Part shown: in pieces, positions 10,838 through 23,941 of the stretch | Layout of the letters: each line of letters starts with the position of its first letter | Numbering within the stretch: position 1 is the first letter of the stretch | Assembly: GCA_951406725.2 (NCBI GenBank) | Contig: OX597842.1 | Coordinates: 4,402,001-4,466,000, forward strand | Reading direction: 5' to 3' | Source: Octopus vulgaris | Lineage: Eukaryota | DNA: 64,000 nucleotides | Program-made: the position numbers and the translations under genes | Notes under the pieces: model-generated | What the model saw: the letters and a program-made list of their open reading frames with translations, nothing else | Databases searched by the model: none | What the model was told of the DNA's origin: nothing

Positions 10838-12096
10838 CTGACAGAGTACTAACTATAGAACTGAAAACGAAAATTGAGAAAGATTACATCAGAAGAGTGA
10901 GGAAACTAATGAAGTCAAAGTTAAATGGTCCGAATCTAGAGAAGGCTGTAAATATACTGGTGGCAGTATCATTACTCAGCAGCTTTTGTAGATTGGATAA
11001 AAAACTGAATTAGGAAAGCTGGACAGAAGAACTAGGAAGGAGTTCAATATGAATGGAGGATGTCATTTAAGTGCAGGAGTAGCAAGATTATACTTACATA
11101 GAAAAGAATGTGGAAGAGGGTTAATATCAATAGAAAACCACGTTGAGTTAGCTAAGATAGATATAGCCTCCTATGTAGGTAATAGTGAAGAAAATTTATG
11201 ATGAGTTGCTAGAGTCACAGCTAGGTATAGGGAAACCAAAAAGCTAAACGACGTTAATAACCAGAAAAATAGAACAAAAGTTATCTGACTGGTAGCAGAA
11301 TGCTTTGCATGGTAGATTCCCAAAGATAGTTGTAATGAGACATGGTTACGGTTGCAGAAAGGAATGCTGAAAAGGGAGACAGAAAGTTTATAAGTAGCAG
11401 CATAGGATCAAGGATTAAGGACTAATTGAATAAAAGCCAAGGTAGACAAAAACCAAGTAAATTCCCAATGTAGGTTATGCAAATCAAAGGAGGAAATTGT
11501 TACTCATATAGAAGTGAATGTAGCATGCTGATGTAGACTGAGTGCAAGAAAAAACATGACAACCTAAGGAGAGTATCCGCTGGGAGTTGAGTAAAAGGCT
11601 AGAATTTGACCATACTGAAAAGAGGTATCAACATGAACCTAGTAAAGTATTAGAAAGTAAGAAATATAAGATCTTGTGGGACTTTTGCATTCAGACTGAC
11701 AGAGTGATAGAAGCTAGAAGGCCTGATTTAGTTGTAGTAAATAAAGAGAATAGAAAGTGCCAGATAAATGACTTTACAGTCCCAAATGATGGGAAAAAAT
11801 CAATATGAGAGGTATAGAAAAAATAGCAAAGTTCCAGGACCTAGCCATTGAATTACAGTAACTATGGAAAGTGCGGGTAAAATGTATTCCAATTGTTATA
11901 GGTGCATTGGGAACTATCCCGAAAGACTTGAACAGATGAATAGAGGGAACAGGATAAAACCCACTTTAGTACGGCTCCAGGAAATAGCGTTTTAAGGAAC
12001 AGCTAGGATACTTAGGAGGGTTCTTGGCATCTGAGGTTACTTGTTGTTACCCGATGTTAGGAATTTTTATATTCCAACAGTCTAACGTGTTGTGAG
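10838..12096 (+). mobile_element. R4/Dong-clade non-LTR retrotransposon, 5'-truncated and degenerate (post-RT region, CCHC finger, RLE endonuclease, 3'UTR)
   Basis: KDYIRRVRKLMKSKLNGPNL; LDRRTRK..ARLYLHRKECGRGL; LKRETESL; CRLCKSKEEIVTHI..C; HDN; ILWDF.IQTDRVIEARRPDLVVV; EK..KFQDLAIEL; IPIVIGALGTIP; GTARILRRVLGI* (stop 12032-12034); many stops and frameshifts; (TAA)n on both sides. Confidence 0.9.
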
Positions 12097-12111
12097 TATA
12101 ATATAATAATA

Positions 12112-12320
12112 ATCCTTTCTACAAAAGACACAAGGCCTGTAATTTTGGGGGAGGGGACAATTCGATTACATCGAGATCAGTGTTTCACTGGTATTTAATT
12201 TATCGACCACGAAGGGTAATAGACTAAGTCGACCTCGGCGGAAATTGAAGTCAGAAAGGAAGATCGGACGAAATGCCGCTAAGCATTTTGCCCGGCGTGC
12301 TAACGATTCTTCCAGCTCGT
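12112..12320 (-). mobile_element. SINE family B
   Basis: aagtcgacctcggcggaaattgaag...cattttgcccggcgtgctaacgattcttccagctcg. Confidence 0.8.
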
Positions 12321-13169
12321 AATAATGATAATTGCTTTTATTGCCCACAGGGGGCATAAACGAGGAGGGACAAGGGCGGTGGTGTTTATTGTAGTGATAT
12401 TTTGTTTTGGTTTTTATTATATTTTGTGGTGCAGGTTAGTGGTGTTGGTGTCGGTAGTGGTAGAAAGGGGAACTTGTGCCACTTAATACAAAGTGGATGG
12501 TGGTGAAGTTGGTAGTATTGGTGGCGGGAATGGTACCGCATTTAATTTTAGTAATTTTCGCTATAAAGTGATGGAAAACGATTTGATAGCCTGTTGGTTT
12601 GTGTAACCTAGCCGTCAGCTATATGTTGGCCATGTTTTATGGCGGTGGGTGGGGAAAGGGTGGCCGGGTGTGATACGGGTGGGGTTCGGTGGTTGGGTGT
12701 CTTTTTAACACGGTACATTAAACAAAAGTATTTTAACGGAGCCTTAGCAGAACCTGATGGTGGAGGAGGCGTGTATGGAGGGAGGGTATGTATACTGGAG
12801 GAAAGGTTGATGTGTATGTGCATGTGTGGACGTATTCGGGTATATGTGAGTGTATGTGTTTGTGAGCAGATGGGAGGTGTAGATATGTATGTGTGTGTTT
12901 GTACGTATGTAATATATTTCTGTGTGCGGGCGTACACGTGTTCAGTGTAAATGAGCGTGTGTGTTTGTATGTGTATTTATCTATGTGTGTTATGTGTGCA
13001 GAAGGTAGATAACTCTGTGTGTGTGTGTGTGTACACACACGTATATATTTGTATTTACATTCGTACAACACTACGTACAGATTTGTTTATATACATGCTT
13101 ACGTACCGACCGATATTATATGATCGTATGTGCATATAGGCACGTGTGTGTATAGACAGACAGACAGAT

Positions 13170-13367
13170 AGATATGTGGTTACGGAGGTGTTTGGGTTTT
13201 TTTCTTTTGCCATATATGATTTCAGGTTCAATCCCACTGTGCAGCACTGAAGGCAAGTGTCTTCTACTGTAGTCTCGAGCCGACCAATGGATTTAGTAGA
13301 CGAAAATTGTGTGGAAGCCTTCGTATATGTGCAGGCACAGGCACACACATACACACTCACACACACA

Positions 13368-13416
<49 letters not shown>

Positions 13417-13540
13417 GTGCCTGTCTTTATGTTTGCGTTTGCCCTCCCTCACCGTTTGACAACTTGTGTTGCTTTGTTTACGTCACCATAGCGGTTCGAC
13501 AACAGAGACCGATAGAATAAGTACCAGACCTAAAAGTATA
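13170..13540 (+). mobile_element. SINE family A with internal (CA)n
   Basis: ggttcaatcccactgtgcagcac..ggcaagtgtcttctactgtag...ccgtttgacaac...gagaccgatagaataagtacca. Confidence 0.75.
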
Positions 13541-14601
13541 AGCATTGCGTCTAAACACACACACACACACACACACTTGTTTCAGTCTTTGGACTACGGT
13601 CAAGCTGGGACACCACTGTAATTGTTTTGTCTCAGAGCAGTATATATACTGCGATCGAAGACGTTCCCGATGTGACCAACCCGTCATTTAATCAGTATCT
13701 AGAACTACACTACCTAATGTGTAGTATAGTAGTTAGTATTAGTGTGTGTGTTTGTGTGTGTGTGTATGTGTGTGTGTTTGTGTGTGTATTGACGCAAGCA
13801 TAGCTCAGAGGGTAAGGAGGTGGCTTCACAACCATGAGGAGCTGAGTTCAATCCTCCAGCATGACATATTCATTGAGCCAGACGGCTTTTATCTTGTTTG
13901 TCGACTGGTTAGGGGTTTCTTAAAGGTGCGTGACTGATTGCTGTCTTGGCCACTTGCAGCGTCGTAGGGGCACCGTCATTTCAGACTATACACCAATTTT
14001 CTTTGCATTTGTGACTGTGAATACCACAAATACATAATATACGCGCCTGTCTTTGTGGCTGCTTGTACATAAAATACGTATTCATAGGTGTGTGGCGTAC
14101 TTTTCCTTACTTATGACAGACTCTCAGAGGTGATGATAGCGACGCACACACACATATGCGTGTATATATATATACATATATATGTGTGTGTGTATGTATG
14201 TATATGTATGTGTGTATAGTGGCGGGGGTTCTGTATGTTTATGTGTGTGTGTATACGTGTGTGTGGTGTGTCTGTGCATACATATATATATGTATATGTA
14301 TGTATGTATATATATATGTATGTATATATATGTAACTGGATATGTACATATATAGATGCATATATAATTACATACATAAGAAAACATGATCACACACATT
14401 TGTATAAGGAGAGTTAGTGACACAAACACACACTCCCCCGCTCTCTCTCTCTCTCTCAACACACACACTCTCCCCCTCTCTCACACACACACACTCTTCC
14501 CCTCTCTCTCTCTCTCTCTCTCTCTTTCTCACACCCACACACACACAGCCTTGTCTTTGATAATGTTAATGGACTTGTGTATTCAATTTCCTCGTCTTTA
14601 C

Positions 14602-14746
14602 CAGAGAAAATTACATTTCAACGATGATAACACAAAAGGCAGCGGCAGCCGCAGCCGGGATCCGGTAACACTCCAGCGTAATATGGATGACAATACATTC
14701 AGAAGAGACCCGAAATATTTATCTACTACACCAACTTAAGGGAATC
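14602..14746 (-). other. Candidate non-coding exon of an unknown host transcript
   Basis: Unique-sequence island with acceptor cccctgttttctag|G and donor CTG|gtaaag on the minus strand; early stops in all three frames. Confidence 0.25.
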
Positions 14747-14936
14747 CTAGAAAACAGGGGACTACGCCCTTTACAGTCTCTCATGTTTCTTGTATCTATT
14801 TTGTTTAGGCTTTTTCTTTTAACTCTTACTTGCTCATATCATTAGACTGCGGCCATGCTGGGGCACCACCTTGAATGGTTTTATTCAAACAGATCGTCCG
14901 CAGTGCATCTGTTACTTGCTTCATTCATTGTATATT

Positions 14937-14974
<38 letters not shown>

Positions 14975-15639
14975 TGTGTCTGTGTGTGAGTTTTTATGTT
15001 CAGATATAATAAAAGCAACTTTATATTAATTTGATTGTTTATTCTATACTTTTGTAGAGTACAAATTTATGATTTCTTTCAAGAATGGTTCTGATAGTGA
15101 TTTTGAAGTTCATCCTGGTAGGCCATCGATGGACTGCATTGGCCGAAACATTGCAGTCACAATCACCAATATTTTTGTTTAAGAAGTATATAAAATAAAC
15201 TATATCTGTGTACTCACGAATATAAACTATATTTATAACAAGATTTGTAAAGGGGTCGTGAGGTGAAGAGATGCGGACGGGTGGGTTTGGGGTAAGGTCA
15301 TGGAAGCCATCCAGGGATGGCGGAGAAATATCTAGAAATAAATAAACAACCATGTATTTATTTATACTGGCAGACTTTTAGTCTTGGTATATATATTTTT
15401 GGAAGTGTCCACCCTGAATTTCATGTACCCAAATATTGACACAATTTTTTATACGGGTATCTGTTTAAATCGTCAATCCTCAGCCGAGAGTGAGGTAGTG
15501 GCTAATGGCGGGTTTTTATATATTTATTTAATTCGTTCTATGTATCCATATATTCTTTGTATATAGTATACGCGACTAATGTATACACACTCGCTAACGA
15601 GTGAACTGAAGTATATGCACAAAGATACGGATGGGTACA

Positions 15640-15741
15640 TATGTATATATATATGCATATATATCCATACATATATATACATACACACACATACATATAT
15701 ATGTATGCATACATATATGTATATGTATATATATATATGTG

Positions 15742-15778
<37 letters not shown>

Positions 15779-15855
15779 ATGTGTATATATATGTATATGT
15801 GTGTATATGTATATATGTATGTATATAAATATGTATGTGTATATATTTATATAAG

Positions 15856-15886
<31 letters not shown>

Positions 15887-15982
15887 ATATGTATATATAT
15901 ATATATATATATGCATATATATATGTGTGTGTGTGTATATGTATATATATATATATGCATATATATATATGTGTGTGTGTGC

Positions 15983-16019
<37 letters not shown>

Positions 16020-16240
16020 TATAAATATGTATGTGTATATATTATATATGTGTATATGTATATGATATATGTATGTGTATATATTATATATGTGTATATG
16101 TATATGATATATGTATGTATATATATTATATATGTATGTGTATATATTATATATGTGTGTATGTATGTATATATGTATGTATATGTATGTATGCATATAT
16201 ATATGTGTATGTATATATATATATGTATATATATATACAC
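15640..16240. repeat. Compound (TA)n/(TG)n microsatellite field
   Basis: Read directly; similar fields at 25620-27040, 34180-34520, 37980-38410, 42520-42730, 43820-44560 and 46480-46990. Confidence 0.95.
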
Positions 16241-16580
16241 GATCTTAATTGAATGACCACATACATAACTGAGTGTATATAAATATTTATACGCGTTTAT
16301 GAGTGAATGTGCAAATATACATATATTTATTATATTTATTAATCTAGCGTTGAGGATGCAGGATTCAAAGTTATTTTGATACACACACGCATGTGTGTGT
16401 GTGTGTGTGTGGTGAGAGGGGATGAGGGACCGGGAGTTGGAATACACACACATCCTCGTATGTGAATTCCTTTAGTAATATTTATATAGCTATGTGGCAG
16501 TGTGTCTATTGAAATGTTTGTTTAATTATGTATGTACTTATATGTATTTATGTGTATATATATGTGTGTGTGTCTATATG

Positions 16581-16612
<32 letters not shown>

Positions 16613-16636
16613 CGTATGTATATATATATATATTTA

Positions 16637-16678
<42 letters not shown>

Positions 16679-16737
16679 AAGTTAATCCAAACATGAAAAC
16701 ACAAAGAGAAAACAAAACAACGCGAGGACGTGGATAG

Positions 16738-16777
<40 letters not shown>

Positions 16778-17214
16778 CGTACATATATGTGTGTGTGTGT
16801 GTATATATCTATATATATATATATATATATATGTATATGCATATATATACGTATATATGTATGTGTGTGTTTATGTATATGTGTAAATATATACATATAT
16901 TGTTTGTATAATACTTATATGTGTGTCTATCTTTAAATATATGAATAAAATATATATGCCTGTATATTAATACATAAATATAGAAACACACACGCACACA
17001 CACACACACACACACACAACACACACATATATCCCACAGTTAAGCCGAAAACACCCGAGAAATACCCGTCTATTGACTCAACCATCACAATAACAGAAAA
17101 TAACAAAACTTGTTTATCTTACAAAATATTCTCACGACCTGATACAACCCCAACCACTGCACCACTTCTTCGGGTACCACCCCACCAACATTCACACAGA
17201 ACACCGTTTAAAGA

Positions 17215-17650
17215 GTCAACAGGGCAACCGCCATGTGGTCGATTAATTTGCTAGAAACAACAACAGCAGCCAATTAATTCATCTTTAAATTACGTCCTAC
17301 TGTCTTAAGGAAAAGGAAATACGTAATTGATAATGTAGTCCTAGATACACTTAGGTCTGAATAAAAGATGGTATTGTTCATACGATAGGTCTGCTCGGTC
17401 AAGACTGACCATGGGGCTAAACAACTACTATAGTCACTAATATCTACTATACTGTTCATTAGATTAATGTACTCCAAGATACACTATGTCTGAAGAAATA
17501 GATCTTTGACCATAGATATGCTGGATCAGGAGGTCCTACACACACTGTCACTGATTGATAGGATGGTCACATCTGGAACATCTTCGATCGTAGGACTACT
17601 GGATCAGGACTGGACTTAGGCTAAGCAACTACTACTACTATTACTACTAG
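17215..17650 (+). mobile_element. SINE-like family D with tandemly repeated 3' module
   Basis: gctagaaacaacaacagcagccaa...ataatgtagtcctagatacac...tttgaccatag...ggatcagga repeated about three times. Confidence 0.65.
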
Positions 17651-17767
17651 AGTTTTGACTATTAAGTTATGAAGATCGCTTCCCCATCGCATAGTCTTTA
17701 GGGCTCAGCCCAATCTGTAACATCATGGGACTGTGTCTTCTAGAATAGCTTCGTTGAAGTGGTAGGC

Positions 17768-18614
17768 CAGTGGTTCTCAACTGGTCATATGGCCCCTGAG
17801 GGTTCATATAAGATTTTGCGGGTACAATACAAAAAAATAGTGAAATAGTAAAATGAACATTGTCAATGGTATTTGAAGAATCCCTGAAAATTTTTTACTT
17901 TAAATGTATGTATTTGTATGTATAGCAAGAAACAGCTAGGTTTCTTTCTCAAATGCTTTACATAGTTCAACCTACACCGGTTAATGTACATTAAGTTTTA
18001 ACGTTCTAGCTCACTTTCGCTTTTTACAGCATTGCTTGGAAGGAAGGTGTGTAGCGTGTGATCGTCGCACTGAGCATGGCAAAGAAAGTTATCACGGCGA
18101 TACCTGCTCAGAGGCCTATGCAAAATAGGAATTTTGAAAGAAGTATCTACGAGGTGTGATCAGTAAATATCCGGACTGTTGCCATAGTAACGAAGCTAAA
18201 GCATGCAGAGTGAAGCCGTTTGGCACAGATTGACCTTGAACTCTGCCGCGCATGCGCACTAAGTTTCACCGTTTATAACTTTGCGTAGGCCTCTGAGCAG
18301 GTATCGTCGTGATAACTTTCTCTGTCATGGTCAGTGCGGCGAGCACAAGCTACACACCTTCCCTCCAAGCACTGCTGTAAAAGACGAAAGTGAGCTAGAA
18401 CATTAAAACTTAGTGTATATGCACAGCAGAGTTCAAGGTCCAAGCAATTTCACTCTGCGTGCTCTAGCTTCGTTACAGTGACAACAGTCCGGATACTTAT
18501 TGATTAGACCACGAACATAACTAGTTTTTAAACGTTGAATGGCTATGGTAGTCCAATAGAATAAAATAGTAATGAAAAGAGTCCATAGATAAAAAAAAAT
18601 AGTTAAGAACTCTG
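17768..18614 (+). mobile_element. hAT-like MITE (CAGTGGTTCTCAAC end) carrying nested insertions
   Basis: Ends cagtggttctcaac...gttaagaactctg; an uninterrupted inverse copy lies at 61441-61763. Confidence 0.7.
18150..18513. mobile_element. Mariner-type MITE with long (~110 bp) imperfect TIRs
   Basis: TA|cgaggtgtgatcagtaaatatccggactgttg... versus ...caacagtccggatacttattgattagaccacg; inner arms gaccttgaactctg / cagagttcaaggtc. Confidence 0.8.
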
Positions 18615-18982
18615 GTGTAGACGAAAACGTCTTTGAACTGTATGTGGAGGATGTTCTTGGAAACAAAATAATAAATTGAATAATTGAATCAATAAATGAT
18701 AAATTCAATCGAATTTAATTATTTCTATATAAACAAATGACAACTTAATTTACAGCCGTTTCTACTTTATTAACCAGGCTTTGTTTAAGATTACAAATTA
18801 CCTTTTAAAAAAATATAATGAGGTTTCTTCAGACAGAAATATATTCTGAAAATATTTTACGAAAACAGCAAGTAAACATCGAAAACGCTATGTTGAGAGC
18901 GAGCTTGATATACATATGTATATATATATATATATATATAAGGGCTGGCCAGATTGGAGCAATCTTAAGATTAATCACCCGA

Positions 18983-19095
18983 AATTGCGAGGATGATCCG
19001 GTTCTTGACTGAAGATTGAAGGCTTCGAATGTCCCGTCCGTGTTTTTTGTATCGTCTTCTAAATGTTTGAGTTCTTGTCCCAGTTTGTATTTTTT
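18983..19095 (+). repeat. Dispersed repeat F (second copy at 47455-47580)
   Basis: aattgc.a.gatgatc.ggttcttgactga.ga.tga.ggcttcgaatgtcccgtcc at both loci, each next to TA/GATA tracts. Confidence 0.75.
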
Positions 19096-19138
19096 TACAC
19101 ACACACACACACACACACATATAAAAATATATATATAT

Positions 19139-19200
<62 letters not shown>

Positions 19201-19755
19201 GGATAGATAAGTTAATTTGTTATGGTCAGTCAAAGGGTGACCATTGGTTTTGCACCTATAAAGGGCTTAGCCGTATAGGCGACTCGTTTCAGTCCTGAGA
19301 CTGCGGTCTTGCTGGGGCACTGATTATGAGGGCTTAGCCGAACAAATAAACTCCAGTACCAGAGGCGTAGCCGGGTTCTAATGTTAGGGGGCAGCGAGCA
19401 CATAAACAAAGGGTACCATAATACAAACCAAATAAAAAAAATTGTTGAAAAGGCGCTAATTTTGAAGAATCTGCTCGGGGAGAGCGGTCACTCTCTTTGA
19501 TCCCCTATTAGTAAGCCATTGTCCTGTACTTTGCCTTTTTATCCGTTACTTTTTGTTCTTAGTCTGGTGCTTTCGGTTCTCTTGCCGAAAGTATTAGATA
19601 TCGCATTCTTTTGCTGATCCGCTAAGTTACGGGAATGTCAACAGAATTAACACAAAAATTACCTCACAAAGCTTGGGTCAACCGGGACACACTTGCACAA
19701 AGTGCTGCGCTGTAGGACTGAACTCAAAAACATTTGATTGCATAGCAAGCTTCTT

Positions 19756-19918
19756 TTTCAAATGCCGGAGTTAAGAGCTTCGAGGCATTTTCATCGGCTA
19801 TTTTGACGATAGTCGCCATGAAAAAAGCCATTGAATAAAAGGGAAGTTACTCTAACAGGCATGAAAAAATATAAAAGATATACAAAAAACCCGAAGCTCT
19901 TAGCTCCGGCATTTGAAA
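19756..19918. mobile_element. ~160-bp MITE-like inverted-repeat element
   Basis: tttcaaatgccggagttaagagcttcg versus cgaagctcttagctccggcatttgaaa (27-bp IR, one mismatch). Confidence 0.75.
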
Positions 19919-20068
19919 CTTCGAGTTCTATTATGACAACTTATTGATTGTCCTATACTATATCTATTTATATAAAACTCAACTTGCGTGTCTGTGTGTG
20001 TGTCTGTGTGTTTAACTTTTGGATCTACCAAGTTTCATTATTAAGGATGGAAAGTAGTGTGTAGCAAA

Positions 20069-20457
20069 TCTATATATATAAAGCTGAAGTTGTCTGTGTG
20101 AGGCAGGTTTGGTAGCCTTCAACTAACACTATCTCCTTCGAGACCCTGCAGCACAAGTTGACCAAAATTGAGAGTATGATAGAAGAAGGCTTGCTCTTCG
20201 TTCTGTACAAGATAAAATTCAAATCGGACCATGTTAACACCAAAAATTATTTACATAAAAAAGGTGCTTTTTTTCTATGAAAATCCCTATTTTTTACGAT
20301 TCTTGACTGCTGTGTCACCATTTTTCGGTGTATTTCAACTGGAAAAATATTCACTTGAAGAGAATAACAAGTTGCATAATGCAAAATTTTTAATTTTCAA
20401 AAATTCCAATTCTAAAGGGTCGAAACAAACCCAAGCAACACCGGGTGATACTGCTAC
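20069..20457 (+). mobile_element. Non-autonomous Helitron-like element
   Basis: A|TCtatatatataaagctgaagt 5' end; 3' ccca.gcaacaccggg subterminal hairpin followed by ctgCTAC|T (CTAG variant); inserted between A and T. Confidence 0.65.
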
Positions 20458-20779
20458 TATATATATATAAATTCCTGTATTTACATAATATCGAGGTCTC
20501 ATTCTTTTGTTATTATCATTATTGTTTATACTTGGCCCACCCTGTGTGCACAGAGTGGTCCAAGTCACAAAAATATAAAGCTACAGTTTCTGCAACAGCT
20601 GAAGTCACTATATTCTGCCCACAGATCGCAACATGAAGCTAGACCTCGTTATTTCTGGCCCACCCTATGTACAGGCTGTTCCCAACAAATGTGTATATAT
20701 ATATTTACTGAGTGCCTATAGTGTCGGTGTTTATTTTTAATAAACATTTCATTTTCAGAATTTAATAGAATCTCCGGGA

Positions 20780-20920
20780 GTAGGTATGGCTGTGTGGTAA
20801 GAAGTTTGTTTCTCAACCGCATGGTTCCGGGTTCACTCCCACTGCGTGGCACCCTAGATAACAAGTGTCTTCTACTATGGTCTCAGCCCGAGTGAAGCCT
20901 TGTGAGTGGATTTGGTAGAC
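20780..20920 (+). mobile_element. SINE family A, 5' half
   Basis: tggctgtgtggtaagaagtttg...ggttccgggttcactcccactgcgtggcacc...gccttgtgagtggatttggtagac. Confidence 0.8.
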
Positions 20921-21494
20921 AGGACGTCACCAACAGTAAACACGATGAAATACGAAAACAAATGAGTCCAATACGCAAACAGCGAGAGAAACAAATGGAA
21001 ACCAGGACAAGTGACACAAAGAGCGACCCTTCATTAGTTGTTGGCTGTCTACCTATTCTTCATTTCGAGAATTGAACGACAATATGAGTCTTCAAAGACA
21101 GTTGCTCCCATAAATTCTAAAATAAAATTTAGGATTTATGAAGGGTCAAAGTTGGGAACAATAACAGGACAGTGGAGACATACAAGGAAACTGAACGAAA
21201 ACAAACATGAAGGGTCATTAGGCCAGAACGAGAGGAAAATATCGAACGCCGGAAGAATATTTTCTTTGAAAACAGAAAAGATAGGATACGTCCAGTCCTT
21301 AGGACAGTCCTGAAAGAAAAGATGATTAAGTGAGGAAAAGATGGACGATGGTCGCATGTGAATAACGAGAGAGGGAAACGGAGAAAGAGGGGGGAGATAG
21401 AAAACGGTGAAGGGGAGAAAAAGGGAATTAGAGAAAAGGGTGAGAGAGAAAAACACACATTACTTATATACACAAATATACATACATGTACATA

Positions 21495-21538
<44 letters not shown>

Positions 21539-22834
21539 TAAACATAAGCGATTCACCGGAACAATAAATTACAGAAGCCAAAAAAATTACGGAAATTGCC
21601 GAAGAGTTTCATTTCTGCGCCCATTTACCTAAAGGCGATACTCCAGCATGGCCGCAGTCCTGTGACTGAATCGAGAAATTTGAGCAAAAATTCTAAGAAC
21701 CTGTACGAAATAACTGCCACCATTCTCCTTCCTTCCTTCTTATTTCTTCTGTTATCATGAACCGTTGGGGGTCAAAAGTAGGCCGTCCCACACCGACACC
21801 TTATCGCCATCATCATGAACATAGACCCACTACCCTTCTGTTTGTGCGCCGACCCCTCTACAGCTGCCACGCCTGTTCTTTCTCCCTCCCCTGTGAACCG
21901 TTTCATCCACAAGTGCGGTTTTGTGTTAATTTAAGTGTAGTTCCTGAGGTCAGTGGGTGTATATGTGTACAACGAGTATACAAGCTTTTGCTGTATGTAT
22001 ACATGGATGTGTATATGTGTTTGTGCGTGTGTGTGTGTATATAATATATAGTTTAAAATTGTACAAAAAAGAAAAACAGAAGACATATATCTATGTATAT
22101 TATATACCTATATATGTAAATGCGTATATATATACATGTGAATGTTTATATATCTACAGATATGTGTATGCCTACGTATTATATATGCATATTTGCATAT
22201 ATAATACGTATAATACACACATACATATACATACTCACATATACACACACACTCACATGTATGAGCCATCGTCGTTGCATAGTTACTATCTTGGATGTAT
22301 AGAAAATATCACATCTACTTCCTCCCCCACTCTCTCTCTCTCTCTCCCTCTCTCTTTTTCTTTCTTTGAGCATCATAAATATGTCTGTGTGTATAACACA
22401 GTTTATTGAAATGTTGAGTTCAATTCCAGGTCGTGTGTGTGTGGTGGTGGAAAAGACACTTGACGGAAATCCCGCATTACCATATTGTTCAGAAAAGGTT
22501 TTCGGAACGACGAGGGTTCGAGTTCTCTTCTGCTGCGCTACAATATATACACGTGACTGTGTGCGGGGTGTATTATTGGCTACTGAAACGTTGGTAGTGA
22601 GTGTATATAAGATATTAGCTATTTGTTTTGTTTGCTCTTTTAAACCACACACACACACACACACACACATATAAATATTACCTTTTGTTAGTAATATTGC
22701 TTATCTCGCTAATAATTATACAGTTATGCCTGCCCCAGCACTTTTTCATATTGACCTCGAAAAGACGAAATGCGAAATTTACGCCGGTGGGATTTGAAAC
22801 CAGGATGCCGAGTAACTGAACAAATACAGCATGG

Positions 22835-23218
22835 TGGAAGCACTCCGTCGGTTACGACGATGAGGGTTCCGGTTGATCCGAATCAACGGAACAGCCTGCT
22901 CGTGAAATTAACGTGTAAGTGACTGAGCACTCCACAGACACGTGTACCCTTAACGTAGTTCTCGGGGATATTCAGCGTGACACAGAGAGTGACAAGGCTG
23001 GCCCCTTGAAATACAGGTACAATAGAAACAGGAAGTAAGAGTGAGAGAAAGTTGTGGTGAAAGAGTACAGCAGGGATCGCAACCACCCCTTGCCGGAGCC
23101 TCGTGGAGCTTTAAGGTGTTTTCGCTCAATAAACACTCACAACGCCCGGTCTGGGAATCGAAACCGCGATCTTATGACCGCGAGTCCGCTGCCCTAACCA
23201 CTGGGCCATTGCGCCTCC
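22835..23218 (-). mobile_element. SINE family C1, full length (tRNA-Arg-like head)
   Basis: Reverse complement begins ggaggcgcaatggcccagtggttagggcagcggactcgcggtc...ggtttcgattccc (A and B boxes) and ends cgtaaccgacggagtgcttcca. Confidence 0.85.
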
Positions 23219-23941
23219 CCAGCATGGTATTTATATTCTGTCCGATGCTCTACCGTCCCTGTTAATTCGCTGCGACTTCCGTTTCCTTCTTCCGCCATAT
23301 TATATCTGTATTTATCAGTCAATGACAACAACGCGTAACGGTCTCCCTTCTTTTTCCAGCCATCAACTAATACTTTTGTTTTCCACCACAATCATCATCG
23401 TCTTCCTGCTCCATTCCTTTATATTTCTTTCTCCCTCCCCGCCTCAACCACCTCCCACCCTCTCGTGGTCTTCCTCTAACCTCCGTTACCGAGGATCTCT
23501 GTTCATCCATGCGTGACCATATTCACTAAGAAGGAGGATGTCACGGGGTCTTGTTACATGGCCAGCCACTTCATTTTCCGCCTTTTGACAATTGACAGCA
23601 GAACCTCGCAGTGCGCAGTCTTCCCAACAATGCAGTTCCTAATTGAAAAATATTAAATGAACCGACAGGAAGGTTTCAAGTGGACGTATGACACGAATTT
23701 GGGTAAATAAGTTAAGGGGTTAAGTTACTGACTGACGCTCCCCAAAATTCACAATGTAAATAAGTAAGGATGATACGCTACCATCCATAATACGCATTTC
23801 CATGTTTAGGAGCCTAAATTGTCTTTTATAACGTTTAAAATACTCTTTTTATAAAAGACAGTCTTACACAACGGCGACGATAGGAGAGAGAGAGAGAGAC
23901 TCTGCTGCGATCCAATATAGTAGTTTCTAATATTACATTTG

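Noticed and set aside
15491-15512. tgaggtagt let-7-like 5' end
   Set aside because: The rest does not match let-7 and there is no precursor hairpin
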